Below the pieces are notes generated by a model that was not told the origin of the DNA, searched no databases, and worked only from the letters and a program-made list of their open reading frames with translations. 35,088 nucleotides of DNA from Bryobacteraceae bacterium (GTDB lineage Bacteria > Acidobacteriota > Terriglobia > Bryobacterales > Bryobacteraceae): contig JASHRP010000045.1 in NCBI GenBank assembly GCA_030037375.1, positions 1 through 35,088 of the forward strand, written 5' to 3'. The number at the start of each line of letters is the position of its first letter. The stretch's first letter is position 1. The position numbers and the translations under genes were made by a program. This document shows positions 13,668-24,242 of the stretch, in pieces.

Positions 13668-16319
13668 CTAAGCGTATACGAACTGCCCGTTCTCTCCAAT
13701 CGTTACCCGGATCGACGATAGCTTTTGGCCATCGGCAAGACCGGCTAAAATGCGGCGTGAGATGTCGGGGAGCAAGGTATTCGTCAGGATGTTGTCGACG
13801 TTGCGGGCGCCGCTCTCCACTTCCGTGCAGCGGCTGGCGACTTCATTGAGCAGCGCTTCATCGTAAAGCAGCTCAATCCGGTGATTTTCTAGAAGGCGGC
13901 GCTTGATCTTTCCGAGCTTCAGACGGATGATCTGCTTCAGCGCCTCGTCGCGGACGGGGTAGTACGGAATGATTACCATGCGCCCGAGGAACGCGGGTTT
14001 AAAAATCTTGTTCAGGTCCGGCTTGATGGCCTTGATCAAGCCATCGGCCGTCGGCATGGTCTCTGGATCGGCCGTCAGCTTAGCGATCTGATCCGTGCAC
14101 GCGTTGGTGGTCAGCAGGATGATCGTGTTCTTGAAGTTGATCTCGCGTCCTTCTCCGTCTTCCAGGATGCCCTTGTCGAATACCTGATAGAAGAGCTCCA
14201 GAACGTCGGGGTGCGCCTTCTCCACTTCATCGAGCAGCACCACTGAGTACGGCCTCCGCCTCACGGCCTCGGTGAGCACTCCGCCCTCGCCGTAGCCGAC
14301 GTAGCCGGGAGGCGAGCCCTTCAGGGTGGAGACGGTATGCGCTTCCTGAAACTCCGACATATTGATCGTGATCAGGTTGCGCTCTCCCCCGTAGAGCAGG
14401 TCGGCCAGCGAGAGAGCGGTCTCGGTTTTTCCGACGCCGCTCGGTCCCACCAGCATAAATACGCCGACAGGCTTGCCCGGATCGTCGAGACTGCTCCGCG
14501 ACGTGCGCACCCGCTCCGAAATCAAGTGCAGGGCATGATCCTGTCCGATCAGCCGGCGGCCGAGATGCGATTCGAGCTCAAGGATCATCGAGATCTCGTC
14601 CTTGAGCAGCTTCCCGACCGGGATGCCGGTCCATCCGGAAATCACTTCGCCGATGATCTGTGCGTCGACGCACACTCGCATCAAAGGGTTTTCGCCTTGG
14701 ATCTGATCCAACTTGCTCTGGAGTACCGACATCTCTTCCCGGGCTTGCGTGGTTTCGGCCGAGCCCGAGGTCGCCTGCGCGGCGGCAGCGCCGGCGGCCA
14801 AAGCGCTACCCTCTAGTTTGGTCCGCAACTCGCGAATTTTTCCGACCAGATCGCGGATCTCTTTCCATTTCTCCTGTAACACCGCAAGCTTAGCCTGCAC
14901 GTCCGCTTTGCTCTTGGCAATCTGCGCGAGACGTTCGGCGTGGTCCGTGCCGACCGCCGATTCGCGGGTGAGCACACGCTCCTGCACCTCGAGCGAGTCA
15001 AGCTGGCGGGTCAAATCCTCAATCGGGGCGGGCGTCGCCTCCTGGCTCAAGGAAAGCCGAGCGCACGCCGTGTCGAGCACGCTAACGGCTTTATCGGGGA
15101 GTTGGCGTTCCACCAAATAGCGATTGGACAGATGCACGGCCGCGGAGACCGCTTCGTCCAGAATGCGGACGTTGTGATGTTTCTCCAAAGCTCCGACGAT
15201 GCCGCGCAGCATCACCACGCAATTGTGCTCGTCCGGCTCGTCGACCTTCACCACCTGGAAGCGACGCGTGAGAGCGGGGTCTTTTTCGAAATATTTCTTG
15301 TACTCGGACCACGTCGTGGCTGCGACGGTGCGCAGTTCTCCGCGCGCCAGCGCCGGCTTTAAGAGATTAGCCGCGTCGTTCTGTCCGGCTTGTCCGCCCG
15401 CGCCGATCATCGTATGAGCTTCGTCGATAAACAGAATGATCGGAGTCGGCGACGATTTGACCTCTTCGATAAGGCCCTTAAGCCGGTTCTCGAATTCGCC
15501 TTTGATCCCGGCCCCAGCCTGCAGCAGCGCGAGGTCAAGGCTGCGAACGGTCACGTTCTTCAACGGCGGCGGAACGTCGCCGAGGGCTACGCGCATCGCG
15601 AAGCCTTCGACCACAGCCGTCTTGCCGACGCCGGCTTCGCCGGTCAGGATCGGGTTGTTCTGCCGCCGGCGCAACAGGATGTCGATAAGCTGGCGGATCT
15701 CGAAATCACGCCCCAGAACCGGATCGATCTTTCCTTTTTTTGCCCGATCGGTTACATCGACGGTGAACTGATCGAGATTCGGCGTCTTGCCGCTGCCCTT
15801 GGGCGTAGCCGGGGAGTCCTCGCCACCCGCCGCCGCGGTTGATTCCTCGCTTGAGCCGGCGGTGATGTTCGCAAACTCCTTCTCCAGCGTCGCGACGTCG
15901 ATCTTCTGAAGCTCGCGGCTGGATTCATGCGCTTGCCGCGCCAGCTCCTCGTTCATGACCATCGCGAGAACAGTGTGACCGGTACGGATTCGCGACGCTC
16001 CGAAGGTGAGCGAGCCGATGTTCCACGCCTCCGACAGCATCTTGACCAGAGACGGGCTCAGCGACGGCGTACGCGCATTCCCGGACTTCAGTCTGTCCAA
16101 GCTGCGGTTTAGCTCCGTCGCAAGCCGGCTGCGATCGATCTCGAAGCGCCGGAGGATCGGCAGGAAATCGCCGTCCTGAACGTCCAGCAGCTTCAGAAGG
16201 TAATGCTCAATCTCGATCGCATAATGCGTTCGGGACAGGCAAAGCCCAGCGGCGGCTTCCACGCTTTTGCGGGTCGCGTCGTCGAGCTTGCCGATCAAAG
16301 ACTTTAAATTCACGGCCAT
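13668..16319 (-). CDS. clpV: Type VI secretion AAA+ ATPase ClpV (TssH)
   Basis: 883 aa. Clp N-domain, two AAA+ modules with Walker A motifs (GEAGVGKTA and GPSGVGKTE). Positioned between tssG and vgrG. Confidence 0.92.
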   Translation of the reverse strand: MAVNLKSLIGKLDDATRKSVEAAAGLCLSRTHYAIEIEHYLLKLLDVQDGDFLPILRRFEIDRSRLATELNRSLDRLKSGNARTPSLSPSLVKMLSEAWNIGSLTFGASRIRTGHTVLAMVMNEELARQAHESSRELQKIDVATLEKEFANITAGSSEESTAAAGGEDSPATPKGSGKTPNLDQFTVDVTDRAKKGKIDPVLGRDFEIRQLIDILLRRRQNNPILTGEAGVGKTAVVEGFAMRVALGDVPPPLKNVTVRSLDLALLQAGAGIKGEFENRLKGLIEEVKSSPTPIILFIDEAHTMIGAGGQAGQNDAANLLKPALARGELRTVAATTWSEYKKYFEKDPALTRRFQVVKVDEPDEHNCVVMLRGIVGALEKHHNVRILDEAVSAAVHLSNRYLVERQLPDKAVSVLDTACARLSLSQEATPAPIEDLTRQLDSLEVQERVLTRESAVGTDHAERLAQIAKSKADVQAKLAVLQEKWKEIRDLVGKIRELRTKLEGSALAAGAAAAQATSGSAETTQAREEMSVLQSKLDQIQGENPLMRVCVDAQIIGEVISGWTGIPVGKLLKDEISMILELESHLGRRLIGQDHALHLISERVRTSRSSLDDPGKPVGVFMLVGPSGVGKTETALSLADLLYGGERNLITINMSEFQEAHTVSTLKGSPPGYVGYGEGGVLTEAVRRRPYSVVLLDEVEKAHPDVLELFYQVFDKGILEDGEGREINFKNTIILLTTNACTDQIAKLTADPETMPTADGLIKAIKPDLNKIFKPAFLGRMVIIPYYPVRDEALKQIIRLKLGKIKRRLLENHRIELLYDEALLNEVASRCTEVESGARNVDNILTNTLLPDISRRILAGLADGQKLSSIRVTIGENGQFVYA

Positions 16320-16341
16320 CTTTCATTCCTCCCGATATTTC

Positions 16342-17376
16342 TCAAAGCGGCAGAATCGTTTCCCCGGGATCGCGATCCATGGGTTTGGTTCGCGACCAGG
16401 TAATCCATCCCAGGCGCGGCCCGGAATCCCCTTCCGCGCCCAGCTCACATAGGGGAACGTCCCGCCGGTCAAGGATCAATTGCACTTCAAAATCGATTTC
16501 GTTTTCCGCATAGAACTGGACGATCGCGCGTAGCGGAGCGTAGGCGGAGCCGCTGGGCAGGAAATCCAAGTACCGCTCCATCGGAAGCGGACCGATCCGC
16601 AAGCGCACGCGCCCCTGCGTATCCCAAACCTCATCGCCCACGACCGCGCCCCGGCCGAGCTGCTCGGAAAGGTCAGCGCCTTCCTCCATGCAGAACTGCG
16701 TTGACTCGTCGAGCTTGTACCACCCGCCGACAAACTGCTGCACTTCGACCGGAACCTCAAACAGATCCGCGATCACGTTCTCCAGATTCGCGGCGCATCG
16801 CGGCTGTTGCGAGAGCAGGCCGGTGTAAAACATGAGCGCGCCATCGTCCACCTTCTGGCGCTGCTGAAGGCCCGCCGTGCCCATTCCGATGAAATCCAGA
16901 AGGCGCCGTCCAACCTGATCCAAATCGCCCCTTTCGTAAGCGATCGGGAAACGATACTTCTCCCAGGCTCGGTAAAACAGGGAGATAATCCGGTGGTTGA
17001 AGATATTGAAAAAATCGATGACCGCGGCGTCCTTCAGGCGCGCGCGTTCGGCGATGAACTCGGTGTAATACAGAGGCAGCACGCCGATGGGCCCGAACAG
17101 CCCCATGAAGTTCACTTCCATGTCCGCGCGCGCGTCGTCGGAATCGCGCAAAGACTGAATCTCGCTTGCAGGGAAGACGGTGGACGCGTGCGTTCGAAAA
17201 CGCATCGCCTCCGATGAAGGAACAGAGAAGTGGCCCACCGGCTCGAGATCCGGGTGAAGGCGCTCCAACAAGCGTACGGCCTGGAAAAACTCGAAGTCCC
17301 AGGGCGTGGTACGCAGGACACCGGCCAGATCGGAAACGCTTAGAGCAAGATCTTCCGGCCGGCACGCGGTTGCCAT
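16342..17376 (-). CDS. tssG: Type VI secretion baseplate protein TssG
   Basis: 344 aa. WDFEFFQAVRLLERL is the TssG (VC_A0111/ImpH) signature. The ATG at 17376 overlaps the tssF 3' end by 37 nt, and no alternative canonical start lies downstream. Confidence 0.88.
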   Translation of the reverse strand: MATACRPEDLALSVSDLAGVLRTTPWDFEFFQAVRLLERLHPDLEPVGHFSVPSSEAMRFRTHASTVFPASEIQSLRDSDDARADMEVNFMGLFGPIGVLPLYYTEFIAERARLKDAAVIDFFNIFNHRIISLFYRAWEKYRFPIAYERGDLDQVGRRLLDFIGMGTAGLQQRQKVDDGALMFYTGLLSQQPRCAANLENVIADLFEVPVEVQQFVGGWYKLDESTQFCMEEGADLSEQLGRGAVVGDEVWDTQGRVRLRIGPLPMERYLDFLPSGSAYAPLRAIVQFYAENEIDFEVQLILDRRDVPLCELGAEGDSGPRLGWITWSRTKPMDRDPGETILPL

Positions 17377-19175
17377 TCGCGGACCACCTCCTTTCTCTGC
17401 GGCGTACGCACCACCAACTGGCTGAAGCTGTTCATGGATACGTATAGCCCGAGAAAATATTCCAGGATCGAGGCGAACAAGTACACGCCACCGCCCACGA
17501 ACTGGTCTTCGTCGATCTCCATCTCCACCCGGGTTCCCCGCACGAACGAAACGCTGAGCTCACTTACTACCCGCGCAAAATGACGGCGGCTGGATACAGA
17601 ACGGATGCCGTCGATCTGCCGTTCCAAATACGATGAGCCGGAATAATTGTACAGCCGCAGCAACTCCTGAAGCGCCTCCTTCCCATCCTCCACCAGGGAT
17701 AAATAGTTCAGCGAAAAATGAGATATTTTCCGCCACAGCAGGCTACGATCGAAGGCCGGGCGCAAGGAGGGAGTGGGCTTGCGGAGCGAGGTGATGCGCT
17801 GGATGATCGCTGATCCCTGCATCTCGAAGTCGCCCTGCTCATCTCCAAAAGGCAATTGCGAAGGCAGGTCGCGATTGGTGCAGGTGCATTTGACGGTAAG
17901 GGCATCCGCATCGGGCCGCGCCCGCCGTCCTGACAGGTCCAGCAGGCTGATCATGACGTCGCTGCCCTCATCGCCCTTCTTGGTCGCGACGTGCCGCGTG
18001 GCATGCCAGAACGTCTTGGCTCCATCGTGGCTGCGCACATGGCGCAGCGAATAAAACGGCTCGTAATCGACGACTTCGCGCGTATCGGGATTGGAGCTGA
18101 AAACCCGGTTGATGGAATACACTTCCATGCTGCCGCGCCGGCGCAAGTCCGGTATGACCGGATATTCGTAGCGGGTCTGATCCAGCAAGACTGGTTCAGC
18201 GGTTTGCGGGAACAGATTCACAATCGGCGAGCAGTTCAGCCGAAACGTCTTCGCGCTGACGCCCAACTCGAGCGGCTGATACCGGTCGTTACGCTCGAAG
18301 GGACCGATCAGGAACAAAACTTCGACCTCGTTCTCAAAGGCCAGCAAGGGTTCGAGACCGTTAAGCTCGATGAAAAGAAATCGCTCCGGCAGCGTGAAAT
18401 ATTCCTGCAGCAACCGGTACCCGGCGAAGGACCGCCGTGGCGTCGGCAGCAGCGCCTCTTCCTCCCGGAATCCCACCGGCTGAATCGCGCTAGCGGGAAG
18501 GTGCACGGGGCGGATTCCCGAATGGGGGCGCGGATCGCGAACAATGATCCGCGTGCAACTGTTGAACAGAAGCTCGTAGAGGGTGTGTGTTAGCGCGCCT
18601 TCGCCGTGTAGGTAGAACCGGAGGCTCGAAAGCGGCATCGCCTTAAACTGCACGTCGGGCAAACACGTCAGCTTCAGGCGGCATACCGCGACTGCATCCG
18701 GAGCGTGCACTTCGGGGCGGAGTTGGTCGGGCGGACGCCACTGCGCCTCGGAGACAACCAGCGGCCACATGGTCATCTCGTGCGAGGTTTGGAATTTACA
18801 CGGGATTCCGCCGACGGGGCGGGAATACAGCATGGACCCCGCCTCCACCTTCAGCCCCGTCGTCATTTTTCCTTCCTTGGGGTCAAGGTGGAATTCGGCG
18901 ACCGTCATCGACGGGATGGGCCGGATGAAATGCGGATACAGGATGCTGAGCAGCGATTCCGAGATTTCCGGAAAATCGTCATCGATCCGGAGGTGAACGC
19001 GCGCGGCGAGAAGCGCGAAACCCTCCAGAAGGCGCTCGACGTGTGGATCTTCGCAGCGGTCCGGCTCCAGCAACAAGCGGTTCGCTACCTTGGGATATTT
19101 CTCGGCAAACTCCGCGCCGAGCTGGCGCAAGAACGTCAGCTCGCGCTCGTAGTATGCGAGCAGTTCATCGCGCAC
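17340..19175 (-). CDS. tssF: Type VI secretion baseplate protein TssF
   Basis: 611 aa. The N-terminus MRDELLAYYERELTFLRQLGAEFAEKYPKVANRL is the TssF (ImpG/VasA) signature. Confidence 0.9.
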   Translation of the reverse strand: MRDELLAYYERELTFLRQLGAEFAEKYPKVANRLLLEPDRCEDPHVERLLEGFALLAARVHLRIDDDFPEISESLLSILYPHFIRPIPSMTVAEFHLDPKEGKMTTGLKVEAGSMLYSRPVGGIPCKFQTSHEMTMWPLVVSEAQWRPPDQLRPEVHAPDAVAVCRLKLTCLPDVQFKAMPLSSLRFYLHGEGALTHTLYELLFNSCTRIIVRDPRPHSGIRPVHLPASAIQPVGFREEEALLPTPRRSFAGYRLLQEYFTLPERFLFIELNGLEPLLAFENEVEVLFLIGPFERNDRYQPLELGVSAKTFRLNCSPIVNLFPQTAEPVLLDQTRYEYPVIPDLRRRGSMEVYSINRVFSSNPDTREVVDYEPFYSLRHVRSHDGAKTFWHATRHVATKKGDEGSDVMISLLDLSGRRARPDADALTVKCTCTNRDLPSQLPFGDEQGDFEMQGSAIIQRITSLRKPTPSLRPAFDRSLLWRKISHFSLNYLSLVEDGKEALQELLRLYNYSGSSYLERQIDGIRSVSSRRHFARVVSELSVSFVRGTRVEMEIDEDQFVGGGVYLFASILEYFLGLYVSMNSFSQLVVRTPQRKEVVREWQPRAGRKILL

Positions 19176-19665
19176 CCGCTTCTCCCTTGACTTCGTGGGA
19201 CCCGTTTACGGTTTCGAGCACGGTGTCAAACGTGACGTATTCAGGCGCTGGGTCGACTCTGAGGAAGCCCTCGATCACAAAACGCAGAATGTGGGTTTTC
19301 TCCTCGCTGCTGGGGACCCACCGGACCTTGAGGTTGGCCAGTCTCGGCTCGAAAGCGGTCAGTGCGTTTTCCATGACGCGCACCAGACGCTTGCGGTCAT
19401 CCATCGAAGAAACGGACATGCTGGTGATATCAGGCAGGCCGTAATTGTAGACCGATTTGACCAATTCCGAAGCGCCCTCCGGCGGCTCGTCAAGCGGTTT
19501 CCTGGTATTCAGCAGCCATTCAAGGTCGCGCCGCACCGACGCCTTGAGATCTCGCATCGACTGAAGCCGCGTCGGCGGAGCCTCCATCCGAACCTTTATG
19601 TCCTGGTCGATCAGCCGGTCGAACACCGAGAGCGTAACCGGACTGTCGGCGGATTTGCGGGCCAT
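19165..19665 (-). CDS. tssE: Type VI secretion baseplate protein TssE (gp25-like)
   Basis: 166 aa. SVFDRLID...LEWLLNTRK matches GPW/gp25-family TssE. 11-nt overlap with tssF. Confidence 0.88.
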   Translation of the reverse strand: MARKSADSPVTLSVFDRLIDQDIKVRMEAPPTRLQSMRDLKASVRRDLEWLLNTRKPLDEPPEGASELVKSVYNYGLPDITSMSVSSMDDRKRLVRVMENALTAFEPRLANLKVRWVPSSEEKTHILRFVIEGFLRVDPAPEYVTFDTVLETVNGSHEVKGEAGAR

Positions 19666-19669
19666 TCGC

Positions 19670-21430
19670 TTACTCCAGACAGCTCAGCGCCTGAGCAACA
19701 TCCAACTTGCAGATACGCATGTGTAAATCTTCCATTTGGCCGGTATCCACTTGCAGCTTGCCCAGGCATTTATAGAGCAGAGCCAAGGGACGCGCGACCA
19801 GCGCCGGAGCTTCCCAATCCTCCAGCTTTCGATCCGAAATTTCCTGGGCCAGATCCCGCAGGATTGGAAGAGCGACAGACTCCTTGCTGAGGGCCATGAG
19901 CAACTGCGCCAGCTCAACCTTGTTGATAAACCGGCTTCGGCCCGAATCGCTTTGCGCCCGCTCCTGGTTCAGCATGTCGATGGCTTCGACTGTATTTCCG
20001 GAGTTTGCGGCATCGAGCGCGCGCTGATATACTCCGGCGCCATCCCCGTTCTTGCCGTTGAGCACCGGCTCGAGCAGCCGTTCGGAATTCAGCACCTTGG
20101 TCCGAATCCACTTCTGCGTCTCGACATTGGCGACCGGGGTATCGTCCATAAGAAACATCTCCGGGAGCTGCGGATAGTCCATCAGAAGCGTGCGCAGCTC
20201 CGACTTGAGCGCCCGCGCGAGCGGCTGATACTCTTCGCCGAGCTCCTCGCACGCACGTACGGCGTACCGCTGCACGTCCAGCCAGCCGCGCCCGCACGCC
20301 ATGGCCGACGCTCGCTCACACGCCTCAAGGAGCTCCGTCCACTTGCCTTCGAGCGCGAGACTCTTGATCTGGGTCCTAAGATCAAGTGGCGCAGCAACCA
20401 TGGTCTTCGGTTCTGGATTGATTCCGGCCGCCCGCAGTTCCCCCCAACGCAGACCGCGCGCCGCTAAATAGCCCGCGGGGTTGCGCGGCTCCGAGCTGCG
20501 AAGAAAGGCCACGCCGGCCAGGACGTGAGAGATGGCGTCATCCCGGTTCCGGATCTGCCCCAGCGCGGCCGGCGCTTCGGCCGCGGCGTCGACGACCGTT
20601 TCTGTCGATTCCGCGCCCGCTTCCGGCTCCGGGTCCGGCTCCAGCTCGCGCTTCTTCTTCAAAATGATTCCGACCGTGGTGGCAACGTCGGTCAGGGAAG
20701 TGCGCAGATTTCTAAAGCTTGGCGCAGCGTCTCCGAACTTTTCGTCCGCCAGCGCCTCGATCGTCTTAAGGCTTTGCAGCGAATCCGCCAAGGATTTGTT
20801 CAGAGCGGCGTAGAACGCCTTGGGCGTTTGGTCAACGGAGGCGTCCGAGGTCTCCGGCGGGAGCTTCCCTTCCTTAATCTTCTTGTCACGATCCGTGCGT
20901 TTGGTCTCGCTGCCGTTCGCCTCGTCCTCGGTGGGAACAGTCCTCGATTCCGAGTACCGCAGCCAGTCCAGCTTGTCCGCCGTGATTGGCACGGTCTTCA
21001 CGGCCAGCGCCGGAGACGATCCCTTGCTCGGTTCGAGATAATTCCCGAACCAATCGAGCGGCGAAGCGCGAAACTCCGCGTCCCCATCCTCGATCTCCGG
21101 ATAGAGAGTGTCCCAGAAGCGCTCAATCAGCTCCCGTATCAGATTGAGGCCGTCGTTCAGTCCGGCGAAGCCCTTCTTGTTGAGCAGAGCTTCCGCATGC
21201 CAAGTCGCCAGAAAGAGATCCTTCGACTGGTTCGCGAGCGCGTCTCCCGTCAACTTCAGGACGGCATCGTAATCCGCGGTTTTGACCTCGTGTTCCCACA
21301 AGCCTTGCGGACCGGTATCGTCCTGACGGCGCGCTTCGCGAATCTCTTCAAAGAGCGGGCTGGTGTAGAGATTTACGCCGCTCGGATTCTCTCCGGGAAT
21401 CGGGAGCAGAAGCTCTTCGCTGACCGGCAT
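19670..21430 (-). CDS. tssA: Type VI secretion protein TssA (ImpA_N domain with a long VasJ-like C-terminal region)
   Basis: 586 aa. The N-terminus LLLPIPGENPSGVNLYTSPLFEEIREARRQDD is the ImpA_N signature. An acidic linker is followed by a helical C-terminal region. Confidence 0.85.
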   Translation of the reverse strand: MPVSEELLLPIPGENPSGVNLYTSPLFEEIREARRQDDTGPQGLWEHEVKTADYDAVLKLTGDALANQSKDLFLATWHAEALLNKKGFAGLNDGLNLIRELIERFWDTLYPEIEDGDAEFRASPLDWFGNYLEPSKGSSPALAVKTVPITADKLDWLRYSESRTVPTEDEANGSETKRTDRDKKIKEGKLPPETSDASVDQTPKAFYAALNKSLADSLQSLKTIEALADEKFGDAAPSFRNLRTSLTDVATTVGIILKKKRELEPDPEPEAGAESTETVVDAAAEAPAALGQIRNRDDAISHVLAGVAFLRSSEPRNPAGYLAARGLRWGELRAAGINPEPKTMVAAPLDLRTQIKSLALEGKWTELLEACERASAMACGRGWLDVQRYAVRACEELGEEYQPLARALKSELRTLLMDYPQLPEMFLMDDTPVANVETQKWIRTKVLNSERLLEPVLNGKNGDGAGVYQRALDAANSGNTVEAIDMLNQERAQSDSGRSRFINKVELAQLLMALSKESVALPILRDLAQEISDRKLEDWEAPALVARPLALLYKCLGKLQVDTGQMEDLHMRICKLDVAQALSCLE

Positions 21431-21433
21431 AGG

Positions 21434-22153
21434 CTATTGCGTAGCGCTATCCGCAGCGTGGATTTGGAGCGTGCGCACCTCCAACAACGGAACTTCCTCG
21501 CCATCGACGAGGAGCACCTTGCGGCCCATGGGAAACTCGGTTCCGGACTCATCGCGAAACCATTCGGTCACGCGGCCGAGGCGGATATCCGGATCGTCGC
21601 TGTCAACCGAGCCTGGGGCGAGCGCCGGAAGCAGCACGTCGCCCAGATCCTGGCCCTTAAATGACGGGCCAGTCCGTAGCCGCGCGGTCGCCCAGAGGGT
21701 GTCCCGCAGCTTCTTGGGGGCCTCGACACTCAAGTGGGCCACGTGCTCAAAACCAATCCACAGATAGTCTCCGGCGGCGAAGACTTCCAACCGGGCGCCT
21801 ACCCGCGGATCGGCATCGGAGATCGATTGGAACGGCTTTCCGTTCAGCGATCCGCTCACTTTGGGCGGATCGAGAACGGGCGGGGCGACTTTGCCATCGT
21901 GAAACATGTCCTGGCGGGTACGCTCCGCATTGATGGCGCCGCGATACAGCAAGCTCGCCAGCATTGCATCCTTGTTCTGGTCCCCCAGCAGGTCGAGCTG
22001 CTTCTCCGCACGGTCGTATTCTCCGGCGAAGCAAAGCAGCTCGAATAAGAAGGTCCGCTTCCGGGCATTCGAAGGATCGTCGCGAAGCTCCGATCCGAGA
22101 GTCCGAATGGCCTCTTCTAACTTCCCCTCGCGGAACAAGACTTCCGCGCTCAT
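21434..22153 (-). CDS. tagJ: T6SS accessory protein TagJ (ImpE family, TPR-like N-terminus)
   Basis: 239 aa. MSAEVLFREGKLEEAIRTLGSELRDDPSNARKRTFLFELLCFAGEYDRAEKQLD is typical ImpE. Its position between hcp and the baseplate genes matches H1-type loci. Confidence 0.82.
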   Translation of the reverse strand: MSAEVLFREGKLEEAIRTLGSELRDDPSNARKRTFLFELLCFAGEYDRAEKQLDLLGDQNKDAMLASLLYRGAINAERTRQDMFHDGKVAPPVLDPPKVSGSLNGKPFQSISDADPRVGARLEVFAAGDYLWIGFEHVAHLSVEAPKKLRDTLWATARLRTGPSFKGQDLGDVLLPALAPGSVDSDDPDIRLGRVTEWFRDESGTEFPMGRKVLLVDGEEVPLLEVRTLQIHAADSATQ

Positions 22154-22185
22154 GGGCGATTTCCTCCGGTTTCCTACTCCTGCTC

Positions 22186-22680
22186 CTAGCTGCTCACGCC
22201 GGTCAGGATGTTGAATCCGGCCATTCCGCCCTTCGCCATACCGCCCTTGCCATCCTGCTTGAAGTAGGTGATCTGGATCTGAGAATAAGCGAAAGACGCG
22301 GACTCGCTAGCGGTGTCGCCGCTCCCACCGGACCCGGACCATTGGACGGATTCACACATCACGTCCGTGAAATCGTACTGAAGATAGACTTGCGCGTCTT
22401 GGCCCGACTTCAGGCAGCAAACGCTGGCCGAATCGAAATGCGTGCCCTTGGTGAGCCCGGAAAAGAGATTGCAACTCCCCGTGTCCGTGGTCTTCATGAC
22501 GTTAAAGGAACTGAGCGTTGGAGTCCCGCCGCTCAATCCGCCGGAACCGGCGTTCACACTGACGGGATTGCTAGCGCCGACGCTGAAGCTGTCGATCCTC
22601 ATCCAGCCGGTGTAGTTATTTGCAGTCGCTTCACCCGTGACACCTTTGACCGACATAAAAATTTTACTTGGATCTGCCAT
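22186..22680 (-). CDS. hcp: Hcp (TssD) inner-tube protein
   Basis: 164 aa. MADPSKIFMSVKGVTGEA...GWMRIDSFSVG is the Hcp signature. Strong RBS GGAGGAG. Confidence 0.9.
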   Translation of the reverse strand: MADPSKIFMSVKGVTGEATANNYTGWMRIDSFSVGASNPVSVNAGSGGLSGGTPTLSSFNVMKTTDTGSCNLFSGLTKGTHFDSASVCCLKSGQDAQVYLQYDFTDVMCESVQWSGSGGSGDTASESASFAYSQIQITYFKQDGKGGMAKGGMAGFNILTGVSS

Positions 22681-22750
22681 TGGATTGCTCCTCCATTTTC
22701 AAGTTAGTTGATTTACTCAATAACGATCGAGGCTCCGACGCCGTACCGGA

Positions 22751-24238
22751 TTATTTAGCCGGGGGCGGCAGATCAGCCACGAGCCGCAAAGAGACCGAAA
22801 GTTCGTCCAACTGGAAGTGCGGACGCATGAACGCTACCGCTCGGTAAGCGCCCGGCTTTCCAGGGACATCAACAACATCGATTCGCGCTTCCCTCAAGGG
22901 ACACTGCGCCTTGATGATCGGGCCGGCGTCGTCATTGGGCACGACGTACTTCTGAATCCAGCGGTTCAGGAAGGTCTCGCATTCCGAACGCGACATGAAG
23001 CTGCCGATCTTGTCGCGCATCATCGACTTCAGATAATGCGCAAACCGCGATACCGCGAACAAGTACGGCAACTGAGTCGAGAGTCTCGCGTTGGCGTTAG
23101 CCGATTCCTGATCGTAGATGCGCGGTTTCTGCGCCGATTGCACGCTGAAGAACGCGGCGTAGTCCGTGCCCTTGCAGTGAACCAGCGGGATGAAACCGAG
23201 GTCGGCCAGCTCCTTTTCGCGCCGGTCGGTGATGGCGATCTCCGTCGGGCATTTCAGCGCGACATCGCCGTCGTCGGTCCGGAACGCGTGCGTCGGCAAA
23301 CCCTCCACCAGGCCGCCGCCTTCCACGCCTCGGATCGCGGCGCACCAGCCGTAACGCGAGAACGCGTTGGTCAGCCGGGTCGCGAGCGCATAAGCCGCGT
23401 TGCCCCACAGATACTTGGAGTGATCGGAACCGTCAACTCCTTCCTCAAAGTTGAATGCCTCGATCGTCCGGGTGTCCTTGCCGTACGGAACGCGCATGAG
23501 AATATGCGGGACGCACATGCCCACGTAACGCGAGTCTTCGCTCATACGGAAGCCCTTCCACTTCGCATACTCGGTCGTGTCGAACACCTTGCCCAAGTCG
23601 CGAGGCTGGCCAAGATTAGTGAAGCTATCCAGGCTGAGCAGGTTCGCGTTCGCGGCGGTCAGGAACGGAGCATGCGCCGAGGCCGCGACGTGCGACATGT
23701 TATCCAGCAGCTCGAGATCCTCGAAGCTCTTGGTGAACTCGTAATCCCCGAGCAGGGCCGCGAACGGCTCGCCGCCAAACACGCCATATTCTTCTTCGTA
23801 TACCTTCTTGAAGATCGCGCTCTGATCGAACTCGGTGGCGCGCTGCAGATCCCGCCCCAGCTCCTTCTTGGACACGTTCAGCACGCGGATCTTCAACATC
23901 GGCGTGCACTCTGAATTCTTGATCAGATACTGCAATCCGCGCCAAGTGGCTTCCAGCCGCTGAAACTCGGGATGATGCATCACCTCGGAAAGCTGGATCG
24001 ATATCAAGTGATCGAGCTGCGCGATGCGCGCGTTGATCATGGCCTCGGTATCGCGCGAGACGGTCATCTCGCCTTGCAATACTTGCGCCACGAACTCCTT
24101 CACCATGTCCCGGCCGCGTTCCTTTTGGTCGGGAGCCGCGCCGGCGCTCGCGGTCTGCACGATCTCGTCAAGGAGACTGCCTTGAGTCTCTACGGCTTCC
24201 GCCGCCTGGGGCGCCGCTGCTGCTTTCTTTTCCGCCAT
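22751..24238 (-). CDS. tssC: Contractile sheath large subunit TssC (VipB/ImpC)
   Basis: 495 aa. HPEFQRLEATWRGLQYLI and VPHILMRVPYG motifs with a full-length C-terminus. RBS AAGGAGGG. Confidence 0.92.
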   Translation of the reverse strand: MAEKKAAAAPQAAEAVETQGSLLDEIVQTASAGAAPDQKERGRDMVKEFVAQVLQGEMTVSRDTEAMINARIAQLDHLISIQLSEVMHHPEFQRLEATWRGLQYLIKNSECTPMLKIRVLNVSKKELGRDLQRATEFDQSAIFKKVYEEEYGVFGGEPFAALLGDYEFTKSFEDLELLDNMSHVAASAHAPFLTAANANLLSLDSFTNLGQPRDLGKVFDTTEYAKWKGFRMSEDSRYVGMCVPHILMRVPYGKDTRTIEAFNFEEGVDGSDHSKYLWGNAAYALATRLTNAFSRYGWCAAIRGVEGGGLVEGLPTHAFRTDDGDVALKCPTEIAITDRREKELADLGFIPLVHCKGTDYAAFFSVQSAQKPRIYDQESANANARLSTQLPYLFAVSRFAHYLKSMMRDKIGSFMSRSECETFLNRWIQKYVVPNDDAGPIIKAQCPLREARIDVVDVPGKPGAYRAVAFMRPHFQLDELSVSLRLVADLPPPAK

Positions 24239-24242
24239 GAGA

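Noticed and set aside
20525-23914. Long antisense ORFs, e.g. 20525-21664 (+, 379 aa) opposite tssA and 22817-23914 (+, 365 aa) opposite tssC. Others similar: 9528-10166, 32249-33118, 2917-3531, 3898-4719.
   Set aside because: These are shadow ORFs typical of high-GC DNA. Their translations are Arg/Gly/Ala/Pro-biased with no recognisable motifs, and each lies fully inside a confidently assigned gene on the other strand.
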